The notes under the pieces are model-generated. The model worked only from the letters and a program-made list of their open reading frames with translations, did not search any database and was not told the DNA's origin. Position numbers and translations under genes: made by a program. From a virus (taxonomy: Duplodnaviria > Caudoviricetes), in the IMG/VR virus record IMGVR_UViG_3300048988_000011, positions 1-52,506 of that record: a stretch of 52,506 nucleotides of DNA; one strand, written 5' to 3'. Below are positions 1-9,604 of the stretch, in pieces (positions within the stretch are counted from its first letter, which is position 1; every line of letters begins with the position of its first letter).

Positions 1-602
1 GTAAAGGTTTGCGACCCCCCGAATCCTCCCCTCGCCGTACCGCTAGACGCTCCCGTTTGAGCACCACCAGCGCCGCCTGTAAAGTTTTGCCCCGCGCCTG
101 TTCCTCCCGTTCTAGATGACGTAGTTGATGACGTGGCCTGTCCGTCCGTGCCCGTCACAGTAAGCGAACTTGTAGCAGTAGCGCCGTTTGCCGAAGAACT
201 GGCACCTAGCGCAGTCCCTGGCGCAATCGCTACTGCGTCAGTTGTCGTTGTGCTGTTTCCTGCTGTCAGCGTTAAGCCTGGGATGGTGAACGCAATGACT
301 GGGGTAGTAGTTCCTGTTGCTACTGAGATTTGATTTATAGTGCCTGAGACGCTGGTAATAGTACCGCCTAATAGTGTAGTTTGATCAGTCCAAGTCCCTG
401 TAGGATCAGAGCAATAATATCTATGCCCATTCGTTAGATTAGTATAAATATCAGTCCAGATCGGTCCTTTAAGACAAGCACCAGAAGGAGCACCAGCACC
501 GCTGAACTCTCTACGAGCATTAGCTGTTGATTGACCACTAGCTAAGCCAGTTGCTAATATTAATATAACTAGGGTAGAAAGGAATAATCTTCTCATATTC
601 AT
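1..602 (-). CDS. Tail/virion protein with N-terminal signal peptide, Gly/Thr-rich (partial, runs off window start)
   Basis: Translated by hand (not in ORF track): ATG at 602 or 596, MNMRRLFLSTLVILILATGLASGQSTANARREFSGAGAPSGAC..., open to position 1; overlaps the end of the upstream gene. Confidence 0.75.
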   Translation of the reverse strand, partial: MNMRRLFLSTLVILILATGLASGQSTANARREFSGAGAPSGACLKGPIWTDIYTNLTNGHRYYCSDPTGTWTDQTTLLGGTITSVSGTINQISVATGTTTPVIAFTIPGLTLTAGNSTTTTDAVAIAPGTALGASSSANGATATSSLTVTGTDGQATSSTTSSRTGGTGAGQNFTGGAGGAQTGASSGTARGGFGGSQTF

Positions 603-3567
603 ATTTATATCCATTTTCTCTAAGAGAAGCCAATGCTGTAGTGCGATATAGCTCGACCCACCTCACCCCGTCAGAAACGAACGCGATAGTACTAAATCTA
701 GAAAGAGTAGTAGCCTGCGTTCCCGATGAGTGAAAAGTAGCTGCGAAAGTAACAGTAACAGTCCCAGTCCCATCAGCTACTGTTGTTAAGTAAAGCATAT
801 CCCCTGCACTGCCAGCAGTAGAAGGAGTCCAAGTAGAAGTAGCTGATGTAGTATTAGAGACAGCTATAACGTGATGAGAGATAGAAACATCAATAGTCAT
901 AGCGTTTGAGTAAACATCATTCGTTTTAGGGGAGACTGTTAGCTTTCCTGTGTTGTTAACCTTTAGGAAGGAAGTAGCTGATAATGACGTGCCTAATGCT
1001 GCTCCTATATCAGGAGTAGTTAGAGATGGAGAAGTAGCTAATACTAGATTACCTGTGCCTGTTCTATTAGTAGTAGTTAACGCAGTCCCCCCATTAATAG
1101 CTAGAGAAGTATTAGCAATTAAAGTAGTGAAAGTAGCAGCACCTGGAGTAGTGCCACCGATTGTGCCAGGGGCAGCGAACGAAGCTCCGTTAAGAGTAGT
1201 AGCATCAGCACCATAGTTATTAGCAGTTATCTTCCAAACATTATTGGCAGTACATAGTAATTGCACTACTCCGTTAAGAGGTATTGTGAGAGAAGCAACA
1301 CCATCTATAGTAGCTGTTCCCCCAGCTAGCGTAGCAGTATTGGCACTAACTTCATGCTTAACAATAGCAACCTGTCCGATAGGGGCATCATTCAGAGTTA
1401 GAGAATAGCCCGCTGAGGTAGTATCCATTCCAAGATAACGTCTAGGCCATTGCCAATCAGACCGTTGGAATGCAAAAGCAGAGGTAAAAGTGGCAGAGAT
1501 TATATCATAATAATTCCATCCACCTATTGAGACTGGGGCGATCCCTTGAAGTCCGCTACCAAATCCAAACGAACAGTTGATAACAGCAATAGTATTAGGC
1601 ACTGTCCCACTAATAGAAGTAGTGTCTACTACTTTAAATGGCATCTCAGCCCAAGTAACAGAGCCATCAGATAAAGAGCCAGTAGCGGTCCAAGTTGGTT
1701 CTAAGAAAGTTGAGAAGACAGAAGTAGCATCAGGTACTACGCTCCAAGGAACAGTTACATGCAAAGTAGTAGAAGTATTAGTATCTACTACGCGCACTTG
1801 TCCTGCTCCTGTGCCGCTGTCAATATAAAGATTATTACCTGCGAACTGATTAACAGAGGCGGTGAAGGTAGTATTACCGATAGTAGAAGCACCAAATATA
1901 TCAGCAGTCTGGCTAGTAAAGCCAGTGCGCGTAGTACCTGCTACTGAGGCTTGAAAGGCATGATTAACTGTATTCTGTCCAGCAGTTGCTACATCTTTGA
2001 TTAGAACATCATGTAAAGCGATAGCCTTAGCTGGTCCCCATAGAATAGTCCCTCCATATTGCTGCACTACGTTCTGGATAGTAGCAGGTTGAGTACTTCC
2101 TCCTTGGAAGAATTGAAAGGATTCAGTACGAACCCCTTCTATAATAGGCTTATCAAGCACACCAGCAGAGCCGATCTTAATATCAAACCCTCCTTCAGTA
2201 GCTTGATAATAGGGATGAGTTGATTCAAATGAAGTACCAAAGACGTTAACCCAGCCTGCTACTGAGTAGATGCCATTAACAAAGTCTTGCATATCGCCAC
2301 GAATTATGGTGTTGACGATTGCGTTAAAGCCATTGTTGTAGAAGGCTGTACGAACACTACTAATGTTAGGATTGATCCAGAGATTCTCTCCTTGCGCACT
2401 ACTGCCACCGTTAATATTCTGCCCAACTCCTATTGTATCAGCAGCGGTGCCACTAGCCCCACTTATTTGCAGATCAACGAAGGTGTTTTGTTGGTTACTG
2501 CGAGTAGTATAAGCATGTAAGGGAACATTACCATCTATGTCAAAGATGGCACCTGCTACAGTACTGTCTTTTTGTAATGCAAATCCTTCAAAGTGAGAAT
2601 ACCATAATCCATCTATGCGAAGGACAGAAGCAGCAGTACCAATAACGCGGGTAGATTGTCTACCAGCACCTCTTAGATCAATAGCTACTGCATTTTTAAT
2701 TGACCAAATATTTGCACCTATATTATAGAATCCTGGAGGTAGATAGATAGGCACATTACCAGCAGAAGCATCACCATGCTCTACTGTAGGCTGGCCTAAT
2801 GAAAAGTAAGACATTGCTTGGAGAGCGGGATAGTCATTATTAGTATTATCTCCTACTGCTCCCCACCAATAAGGAGTTATTCTACCACAGCAAGCTCCAG
2901 GACTAGTACCTGACACTAAGCCTGTTTTAACTGTACCTAACCCCGCTGTAGCGTTATAGAAGATCTGCGTACCGTCAGCATTATCAACGCGATTAACTGT
3001 TAGAGTCTGCCCAGTTATGACCTTAATCCCAGACCCTCCATCTCTATTAGATAGAGTTATATTAAACGGTATAGTGAGATTAGATACCGCGCATCTACTA
3101 CTACCTAAGTAAGGAAGCTTAATAGTTGCAGGGGTAGAGCCTATTTGAGAGATGAGAGAAGAGAATGCTGTTGTATCGTCTGTGCCAGAGCATGATGGCA
3201 TAAAGACAGTAGGACCTGCTAGGATATCTCCTAAGGTGAATGGTGAAGGAATATTAGAGAATCTAACATCAAATCTGCCAGAATCCACATAAAAAGCGAA
3301 TGATGCATCCGCACCTGCTGTGAAGGGATTAGCCTTAGGTGTACCAGCATCATCTGAGTATATAGTTGCTAGAGTAGAGGTACCTGTTAAGAATACTGTG
3401 ACCGTGCAAGAGGGAAAAGACTTAACTACTTTAGTGGTAGAAGCTATGCCAGAGGTAATAACTACTTGCCCACCTAATGAGGCAATCCCCTGTATCTTCG
3501 TTTTTGCAAACAAAGAGATACTAGATAGCAATACTAGGATGATTGCTAAGAATAATCTACGCAGCAT
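538..3567 (-). CDS. Tailspike/receptor-binding protein with predicted beta-helix (pectate-lyase-like) domain and signal peptide
   Basis: 1009 aa; 'WWGAVGDNTNNDYPALQA...IYLPPGFY' is the typical tailspike beta-helix start; N-terminal 'TLATIYSDDAGTPKANPFTA' resembles head-binding segments; hydrophobic N-terminus. Confidence 0.75.
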   Translation of the reverse strand: MLRRLFLAIILVLLSSISLFAKTKIQGIASLGGQVVITSGIASTTKVVKSFPSCTVTVFLTGTSTLATIYSDDAGTPKANPFTAGADASFAFYVDSGRFDVRFSNIPSPFTLGDILAGPTVFMPSCSGTDDTTAFSSLISQIGSTPATIKLPYLGSSRCAVSNLTIPFNITLSNRDGGSGIKVITGQTLTVNRVDNADGTQIFYNATAGLGTVKTGLVSGTSPGACCGRITPYWWGAVGDNTNNDYPALQAMSYFSLGQPTVEHGDASAGNVPIYLPPGFYNIGANIWSIKNAVAIDLRGAGRQSTRVIGTAASVLRIDGLWYSHFEGFALQKDSTVAGAIFDIDGNVPLHAYTTRSNQQNTFVDLQISGASGTAADTIGVGQNINGGSSAQGENLWINPNISSVRTAFYNNGFNAIVNTIIRGDMQDFVNGIYSVAGWVNVFGTSFESTHPYYQATEGGFDIKIGSAGVLDKPIIEGVRTESFQFFQGGSTQPATIQNVVQQYGGTILWGPAKAIALHDVLIKDVATAGQNTVNHAFQASVAGTTRTGFTSQTADIFGASTIGNTTFTASVNQFAGNNLYIDSGTGAGQVRVVDTNTSTTLHVTVPWSVVPDATSVFSTFLEPTWTATGSLSDGSVTWAEMPFKVVDTTSISGTVPNTIAVINCSFGFGSGLQGIAPVSIGGWNYYDIISATFTSAFAFQRSDWQWPRRYLGMDTTSAGYSLTLNDAPIGQVAIVKHEVSANTATLAGGTATIDGVASLTIPLNGVVQLLCTANNVWKITANNYGADATTLNGASFAAPGTIGGTTPGAATFTTLIANTSLAINGGTALTTTNRTGTGNLVLATSPSLTTPDIGAALGTSLSATSFLKVNNTGKLTVSPKTNDVYSNAMTIDVSISHHVIAVSNTTSATSTWTPSTAGSAGDMLYLTTVADGTGTVTVTFAATFHSSGTQATTLSRFSTIAFVSDGVRWVELYRTTALASLRENGYKYEYEKIIPFYPSYINISNWLS

Positions 3568-3598
3568 TTATTCGCTCCTACTAGCTATTTGCCACTAT

Positions 3599-3835
3599 CT
3601 ACTTAATCGGCTTAGCGCCAGGATCAAGGTGCCCTGTGTTTACTATACCTCCCCCTCCACCTACCTTAGGAGGAGTATGCACCTGCACAGTACTTGCGCC
3701 AAGACTAGAGCTACCTCCTCCAGCAGAGGGGCCGCGCATTCCCATAATAGAATCAGAGGTAGCCTGAGATGATGTTTTAGCGATAGGAAAGGTTCCATGA
3801 TCCTTGCCTACGTTGACGATTTTACCTTCTGCCAT
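3599..3835 (-). CDS. Hypothetical Gly-rich small protein
   Basis: ORF in structural operon orientation, tightly packed with neighbours. Confidence 0.55.
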   Translation of the reverse strand: MAEGKIVNVGKDHGTFPIAKTSSQATSDSIMGMRGPSAGGGSSSLGASTVQVHTPPKVGGGGGIVNTGHLDPGAKPIK

Positions 3836-3841
3836 TTTTAT

Positions 3842-4123
3842 TTACCTTCCTTCTTCTTTTTTCTTTCTATCTACAACCAATGAAGTAGTAACCTTAGCCT
3901 TATCTTCTTCCTCTACAATAACCGTGGAAGAAGGGGCATTAGTATTATCTTCTGATAGTGACAGAAGATCTCTACCACCATAAGTAATAGAAGCATGATC
4001 AATAGCATGTCCCGCTTCTGTTAGTTCTTTCATAAAGTTGCGAGCCATATTATTAGCATCAGCACCATTCTCACCGTTATGATGCTGACCAACACCTTGA
4101 ATGACAATTACCCAGTTACCCAT
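3842..4123 (-). CDS. Hypothetical protein
   Basis: 93 aa ORF with upstream AGGGG SD-like sequence. Confidence 0.6.
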   Translation of the reverse strand: MGNWVIVIQGVGQHHNGENGADANNMARNFMKELTEAGHAIDHASITYGGRDLLSLSEDNTNAPSSTVIVEEEDKAKVTTSLVVDRKKKEEGR

Positions 4124-4150
4124 TTGCTTTTACCCCTGACTGACTGAATA

Positions 4151-5221
4151 TTAGAGAACAGAGTAGCCACCGCTGATGGCATGACTCTTGTACCAATCCC
4201 CACCAGGGAAGCCTCTGCCATAAATATCATAGTAATAGTTTCCAATATCAGATGCAAGGAAAATCTCTCTGTCTAATTTAATTGCTTGTCCAAGCAGTAT
4301 ATTAAAGCTTCCTCTTGATCGAGGGTCCATTATCTCTGATCTCTTCCTGCTCCAGTTTACATTAGTTAATTCCTTATGCTGCCCTTTATTACTATCTGCC
4401 CACTCATAAGCTAGGTATCTAGCTAAGGTCATTAATAGATTTTGTGTTAATGGCGAAGGGATAGTATCTTCATCAGCTACTAATTGAGATCCTCTACGCT
4501 GCCATACACAGAAAAAGTTTCTCTGGGCTACCGGGTAAGGCCAGAACTCAAATAAAGGAGTATCGTCTCTTAGATAGGTTCCTGAGGAAGTGTCAAATAT
4601 CCTATCACGGGTACGGAAAGGAGCATAACGATAAGGATCTCCTGGGGAAGAACGAAGAGGATCAGTATCGTTAATCCATTTCTGTGAGGTTAGCTGCATA
4701 GGACGAAAGCCTATCTCACGATTATGGATCACCTTGAAGCGCACAAAGTCTAGAAAGGGATTGCCAGCTAGATCACTAGAAAGAGGGGGACTGAAGTAGG
4801 CTCGGTAGATGCTGTAGGATGCAGTAGGATTAGTAGCCCCTAGATAGGAACGACTTAAAGTTAGGTTATCTGTAGGTAGAGATGAGTCATAACCTACGAT
4901 CTCATAAGGTTGGCCCCCTAATGAGCCCCTTCCAGTGATTCTAAGCTGACAATCTGTGAGTGGAGGGAGCAGACCAAAGCTATCTAATATAGCTTTAGAG
5001 GTTGCGTTAGGCGTAACAGTTGCTAGACCGCGAGTAACAGCAACAGTACCTAAGATGACTTGGTTAGGAACGATGATGTAATCTTGGGCGATTAAGAAAT
5101 GCCAAAGATAACTGTCAAAGATCTGCTGTAGTGCATCATTGATGATGATCTTAGCCTTAGGTTCAGAGAGCTTAGGAACGTCTCCACAGAGCGATTTGTA
5201 GTAATCACGGAATGAAGACAT
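4151..5221 (-). CDS. Putative head-tail adaptor / tail tubular protein
   Basis: 356 aa downstream of capsid genes; 'INDALQQI..YLWHFL' N-terminus and 'FWPYP' C-terminal motif typical of podoviral adaptors. Confidence 0.55.
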   Translation of the reverse strand: MSSFRDYYKSLCGDVPKLSEPKAKIIINDALQQIFDSYLWHFLIAQDYIIVPNQVILGTVAVTRGLATVTPNATSKAILDSFGLLPPLTDCQLRITGRGSLGGQPYEIVGYDSSLPTDNLTLSRSYLGATNPTASYSIYRAYFSPPLSSDLAGNPFLDFVRFKVIHNREIGFRPMQLTSQKWINDTDPLRSSPGDPYRYAPFRTRDRIFDTSSGTYLRDDTPLFEFWPYPVAQRNFFCVWQRRGSQLVADEDTIPSPLTQNLLMTLARYLAYEWADSNKGQHKELTNVNWSRKRSEIMDPRSRGSFNILLGQAIKLDREIFLASDIGNYYYDIYGRGFPGGDWYKSHAISGGYSVL

Positions 5222-5262
5222 TTTCTAAGCTCTCTTTTTCCCTAAGCTTCCTAGCAAGCAGA

Positions 5263-6195
5263 CTATTCTCCGACAAAGATCCAGTTCTGGCTTACCGAGG
5301 AAAGATCAGTAGTAGAAGCTACCTCTAACCCACTCCCTGCCCCAGCATTATACTCAACCGCGATATCATCACCATCAGCTAACGTACCAAAGTTAACGGT
5401 TTTGTTTGCAGTAGAGTACAATCCAGTCTTAGCAAGATCAGCAGCGTTCTTGAACAGATGGATAATATCTGCTTCAAGATTATTAGTAGGATCTACTGGC
5501 AACCCTAGCTTACTGCCTGGTCCTAATGCGTGCGACCAGGAAGCAGGCTGTGCTGCCGATGGCGTTACTGACGTAATGCTATCGAAAGGCTTAGACCCAT
5601 ATTTAGTAGCTACTTCATTCTGTGCTGTTGATGTTAGCTCAAGAGCAGAGAAGGTAATAGTTTCTGTTTGTGCTGCACCTCTAAAGGTGCCTACTATAAC
5701 GTAAGAAGCAGCATTACCAGTAGAAGCACCTGCTACTAAGTTCTTTAACGAGACACCTACGTTACGTGCGATATCTGGCTGTAGAGCTATAGTGAAAGCA
5801 GTAGTGTTGTTAGCAGCTGCTAGAGTTGATAGTAACTGGCCGTTCGTTGGGAGTGAGCCAGAAGCTATAGGAACATCAACTGTAACAGACCCCTTGATAT
5901 CTCCTTGAGCATAGTTAACTGCCCCTGCCCCACCTGTGCGAAAGGCCATTACCTTAGGAGTTGCCCCTTGAATGAATCGCAGGATAAAGTCTACTGTTGG
6001 TGCTGCTGGATAACCAACAAAGAAGCCAAAGCCTACTTTGGTTAGTCCCAGTAATGCTAATGGCACTGAATCACCACCAGTAGCATAAGAAGAAGACATT
6101 GTTATCTGCCTAGCTACAACGTTGGATTGGCCCCACCTTTCGATGGAGCCACCAGATCCAAAGAGGTTAGCTAGAGCTAATGCTACATTTCCCAT
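5263..6195 (-). CDS. Structural protein (putative capsid decoration/minor capsid)
   Basis: 310 aa Ala/Gly/Thr-rich, strong GGAGG SD, adjacent to capsid genes. Confidence 0.55.
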   Translation of the reverse strand: MGNVALALANLFGSGGSIERWGQSNVVARQITMSSSYATGGDSVPLALLGLTKVGFGFFVGYPAAPTVDFILRFIQGATPKVMAFRTGGAGAVNYAQGDIKGSVTVDVPIASGSLPTNGQLLSTLAAANNTTAFTIALQPDIARNVGVSLKNLVAGASTGNAASYVIVGTFRGAAQTETITFSALELTSTAQNEVATKYGSKPFDSITSVTPSAAQPASWSHALGPGSKLGLPVDPTNNLEADIIHLFKNAADLAKTGLYSTANKTVNFGTLADGDDIAVEYNAGAGSGLEVASTTDLSSVSQNWIFVGE

Positions 6196-6213
6196 TAGGT
6201 AGTTAAACCTCCT

Positions 6214-6819
6214 TTAGTCGATAACGTTGATAGCTACTGTTGCTATTTGAGTAGCAACGACAGATGTTAGAGTACCTAGTCTGAGATTAGTCTCATCAGT
6301 ACCATAGGTTTGAGCAGTAGCATCAGCTAGAACGTCTGCTAGTCCTGCATTACCGGAAACACCTACTGCGGTATCACCAACAGCAGGGGTAACTTTGGTA
6401 GTTGAGGACTTGAACTTCATAGCTACTTCGCCTACCTTAGCGATATAGCAGTACTGAGCAACAGTCATCGTTCCTAGCAAGACACCCGCGAAACGATAAC
6501 CCGCTGTATCAGTAGTACTAACGATGAAATTAGCCTTATCCTTCCAGTAGCAGAGTACTCCACGAGCGGGAGTAACAGCTGCATCTGATGCCATTTGAAC
6601 GTATTGAACTTCTAGATCTACGACAGGAGCAGCAGAAGAACCTGTACCAGAGGTTTTCCAGTGCTTAGCTACTGCTAGACGATCAAAGCGATACTTAGCA
6701 CCTAGCAATCCTGGGTACTGAGGAACGCCTGTGTTGTTTTGGACGATAGTTCCAGGAAGAACATCATCCACAGTGTTTAGAAAACCAGTCGAAATGCGAG
6801 CTTGGGTGTGTCTATTCAT
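6214..6819 (-). CDS. Putative capsid cement/decoration protein
   Basis: 201 aa immediately after MCP; 'YVQ...AGV......YCYI...G' pattern typical of head decoration proteins; AAGGAGG SD. Confidence 0.6.
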   Translation of the reverse strand: MNRHTQARISTGFLNTVDDVLPGTIVQNNTGVPQYPGLLGAKYRFDRLAVAKHWKTSGTGSSAAPVVDLEVQYVQMASDAAVTPARGVLCYWKDKANFIVSTTDTAGYRFAGVLLGTMTVAQYCYIAKVGEVAMKFKSSTTKVTPAVGDTAVGVSGNAGLADVLADATAQTYGTDETNLRLGTLTSVVATQIATVAINVID

Positions 6820-6842
6820 TGTTTCTGATTAACCTCCTTTCA

Positions 6843-7964
6843 CTAACTAGATATACCAAAACCCTGTTTTGAGAGACGAGCATCACGGGTCTCCATATTC
6901 AACTCAGCCAGTACCTGCCCAGAGACGATAGTATTAGCTACTCCAGGCTTGAACCCGGTAAAGCCAAATCCGTAAAGTTCATCGTCTGTGATGCGAAGCT
7001 CAGTACCTCGCGTGTTCTCCATTATGAGTGCCTCGTAAGGATCATAAGTACCTGAAGCTGGAAGACCTGACAAAGGATCAGGAGTTCCTGAGATGGTTTG
7101 TGCTGCTGTCAACCAGCTACCTAAGATAGGATCGCTAGAACCGTAGCGTCTAGACCAGAAGTAACGATCAGCAAGAACCATGCAGCTATTGAATTTGAAG
7201 CCAGTAGCTCCCCAAATAGGATCTCTCTCCTGCGTGATGCGCTGCATAAGTTGAATCTTCTGCTTCATATAGGTAAAGACTGCCAGATTACCTCTAATAA
7301 GGTCAGGCTCCTCCCCATCGAAGCAGCAATCAGCGTGCATCTCTTCTAACGTATTGTAGTTAACTGGCCCTGCTGCTGCACCACTACCGAAATATCTAGG
7401 AATGCTATTAAGCACAGCACCATATACAGTATTGCGAGTGGCATTACCATAGGTAGTGAAGGTGTTGCCGTCAATCCCTTGACTGACTCCATCAGAGAGA
7501 GCTTCTAGGATGCCATTAACAGAGATAAGGCGATTAGTTCCTACGTTCTGGCCATGATTGTTGATATCTAACGCGACAAGAGTGTTAATAGATTTCATAA
7601 CACCATCAAAGTCAGCATCTACGAGATCAATAATCTTAGGATCACCTCTATTGATAACCCGTACGTCTTCCATGTACTCAGTGATATTGCCGAAGTAGAA
7701 ACGAGGTTCAAAGCGCATCTCACCAAGAGTTTGACGCTTGGAAACGTCGAATTCAGCACCGCGACCGTATGCACCTACTGTATGCGGGGCATAGCGGAAG
7801 ATAGATTTAGAGAAAGTACCTCCAAGAAAAGGGACAAGACAATGATCTCGGTAGTAAGCTAAATGCGGATTACCTTTGAAGAACACATCACGCAGTACGC
7901 GTGGATGCGTCTCGAAGGTCGTGACCGCATTAAGATCATCTACTAATTGTTCAGTCGTACTCAT
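6843..7964 (-). CDS. Major capsid protein (HK97 fold inferred)
   Basis: 373 aa after scaffold; 'DLNAVT...LRDVFFK.NP', 'INGI', 'EEPDLI' and C-terminal 'R...G' features; GAGGAG SD. Confidence 0.8.
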   Translation of the reverse strand: MSTTEQLVDDLNAVTTFETHPRVLRDVFFKGNPHLAYYRDHCLVPFLGGTFSKSIFRYAPHTVGAYGRGAEFDVSKRQTLGEMRFEPRFYFGNITEYMEDVRVINRGDPKIIDLVDADFDGVMKSINTLVALDINNHGQNVGTNRLISVNGILEALSDGVSQGIDGNTFTTYGNATRNTVYGAVLNSIPRYFGSGAAAGPVNYNTLEEMHADCCFDGEEPDLIRGNLAVFTYMKQKIQLMQRITQERDPIWGATGFKFNSCMVLADRYFWSRRYGSSDPILGSWLTAAQTISGTPDPLSGLPASGTYDPYEALIMENTRGTELRITDDELYGFGFTGFKPGVANTIVSGQVLAELNMETRDARLSKQGFGISS

Positions 7965-8037
7965 GTTTGATTAAACTCCTCGACCCTTTTCCCTTTTGTT
8001 GTTGATACTTTTCTTAACTCTAAGCTAGCTAAGAAGA

Positions 8038-9009
8038 TTAAGAAACTCTCTGCTCATCATAAGGCGAGGGTTGCCCTCTCCTACGAGCGTCCTGCAATCT
8101 AGCTAACGCAGCTTGCGCCGCTCTAGTCCTACCATAATGGCCTGCTTGCTCAGTAGGCTTACCATCTGCATCCTGTTCAAAGACTTGAGAGATACGAGCA
8201 TCAACGAAACTAGGGTTAGGGTCGTTTGGAAGTGAGTTCCGTTCTGCTGCCATTTCTGCCTCAATCTCTGTGCGGAGTGCAGCGCGTTCTGCTGTTTTAG
8301 CTGTAGCTAGTGCAGTTGCTTCAAGAGCATCTACTGATTCTGTAATCCTCCATGCTTCTTCTAAACTAACGGGCCTACCCTGCTTAGCTTGTTCTTCTAT
8401 ATAGTTAAGGGCCTTAGAAGAATTCCAGGGTTTACCTGTTAGATCGAAGTGTCGAGCAGCTAGCTCATCTTTACGAGCTATATCTTTAACTAAGCCGTAG
8501 AGATCTTCAGCCTTGACATATTGCGGGGCATTAAGATCTTGCTGTGGTTGACGTGGTTGGTTGGGTTGTTGCGGATTAGGGTTAACGTTAAAGTTAGGAT
8601 TAGAGTTAGGATTAGCTCTGTAGGACTCAGCATTGTAAAGCTGCCTAGCTTCTTCCTCAGGAATATTGTACTGAGACACTAATGCCCGAATAGCAGTTTC
8701 AGCAGCTGCTGCTCTACGCTCTGAAGCTAATCTCTCTTGCTCAGACTGTCTAAGTGTAGCATCTACGGTAGCAATATGGTTATTCCATTTGCCATAGTTG
8801 TCTCTAAGCTGAGTCTCTAGAGAACGGGTTGCATCTAGCTGGCGATTAAGTTCGCTCTGAGCTAGATTACCTTCAGCTAGGGCTGTTAGTAATGCTGCAT
8901 CAGAATCAGCTAGGGTTAGTAGCTCTTGAGCTTTAGCTTGAGTAACTTTGCCTGATGCTACTAAGCTATTGACAAAGTTAATGAAGTGCTGTTTGTGGTC
9001 GAATGGCAT
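8038..9009 (-). CDS. Capsid scaffolding protein
   Basis: 323 aa, helical/coiled-coil composition, between portal and MCP; AAGGAG SD. Confidence 0.65.
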   Translation of the reverse strand: MPFDHKQHFINFVNSLVASGKVTQAKAQELLTLADSDAALLTALAEGNLAQSELNRQLDATRSLETQLRDNYGKWNNHIATVDATLRQSEQERLASERRAAAAETAIRALVSQYNIPEEEARQLYNAESYRANPNSNPNFNVNPNPQQPNQPRQPQQDLNAPQYVKAEDLYGLVKDIARKDELAARHFDLTGKPWNSSKALNYIEEQAKQGRPVSLEEAWRITESVDALEATALATAKTAERAALRTEIEAEMAAERNSLPNDPNPSFVDARISQVFEQDADGKPTEQAGHYGRTRAAQAALARLQDARRRGQPSPYDEQRVS

Positions 9010-9029
9010 ATTCTTTGTTTTGTCTCCTT

Positions 9030-9071
9030 AGGATCTCCTTCCTTTCTTGGTGGAAAGGTTCCAGAGATCCT
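9030..9071. other. Hairpin in scaffold leader
   Basis: ggatctc..cctttc / gaaagg..gagatcc inverted repeat. Confidence 0.45.
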
Positions 9072-9155
9072 TGTTGGAATTGTTTATAAAATGGAAACTA
9101 GAAACTAAAGAGTAGCTAATAGAACTACTTTCCTCACCAATATTGCTAAGCTAAG

Positions 9156-9473
9156 CTAAGCAACATTAGGAGGCCCAGGTGGTTCAGGACTACCCATGCG
9201 AGAGATCTTCTCTTGGAACGCATTACCTATCATCTGCACTCCTTGAGATATCTTATCTTCCCCTCCAGGGAACTGAGTGTTAACTGCATCCATTAGATCC
9301 AGGATTTTAGAGAAGACCGCTGCTAAGATTACCTTAGGATCACTAGCCTGCTCTTGTCCTGTTGGCTGGGCCTGCATAGCAGACTGTCCACCATAAGAAG
9401 GAGGAGGTTGCATCATTCCCATTCCACCTTGCTGGCCCATTTGTGGCGGTGGTGGAGGCATTGGCATTGGCAT
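9156..9473 (-). CDS. Pro/Gln/Met-rich small protein downstream of portal
   Basis: 105 aa; position and composition common after P22-like portals. Confidence 0.6.
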   Translation of the reverse strand: MPMPMPPPPPQMGQQGGMGMMQPPPSYGGQSAMQAQPTGQEQASDPKVILAAVFSKILDLMDAVNTQFPGGEDKISQGVQMIGNAFQEKISRMGSPEPPGPPNVA

Positions 9474-9492
9474 TTCTTTGATTTTCCTATTT

Positions 9493-9583
9493 TACAGAGC
9501 TATCAGGGATATCGCGATATGGATGTAGCTTTTACTCTACAGTCTACAATAGATGCTTAACAGAGCTATCAGGAATATGTCAA
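9493..9583 (-). promoter_or_regulatory. Direct repeat pair (ACAGAGCTATCAGGRATAT) overlapping a TTGACA box upstream of capsid operon
   Basis: 9493-9511 and 9560-9578 match at 18/19; minus-strand TTGACA at 9583-9578. Confidence 0.5.
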
Positions 9584-9604
9584 GCATTATTTTTTCCTGT
9601 CTTT

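Noticed and set aside
538-602. Programmed frameshift fusing the two tail genes
   Set aside because: There is a 65-nt overlap but no clear slippery site, and the downstream gene has its own start and signal peptide
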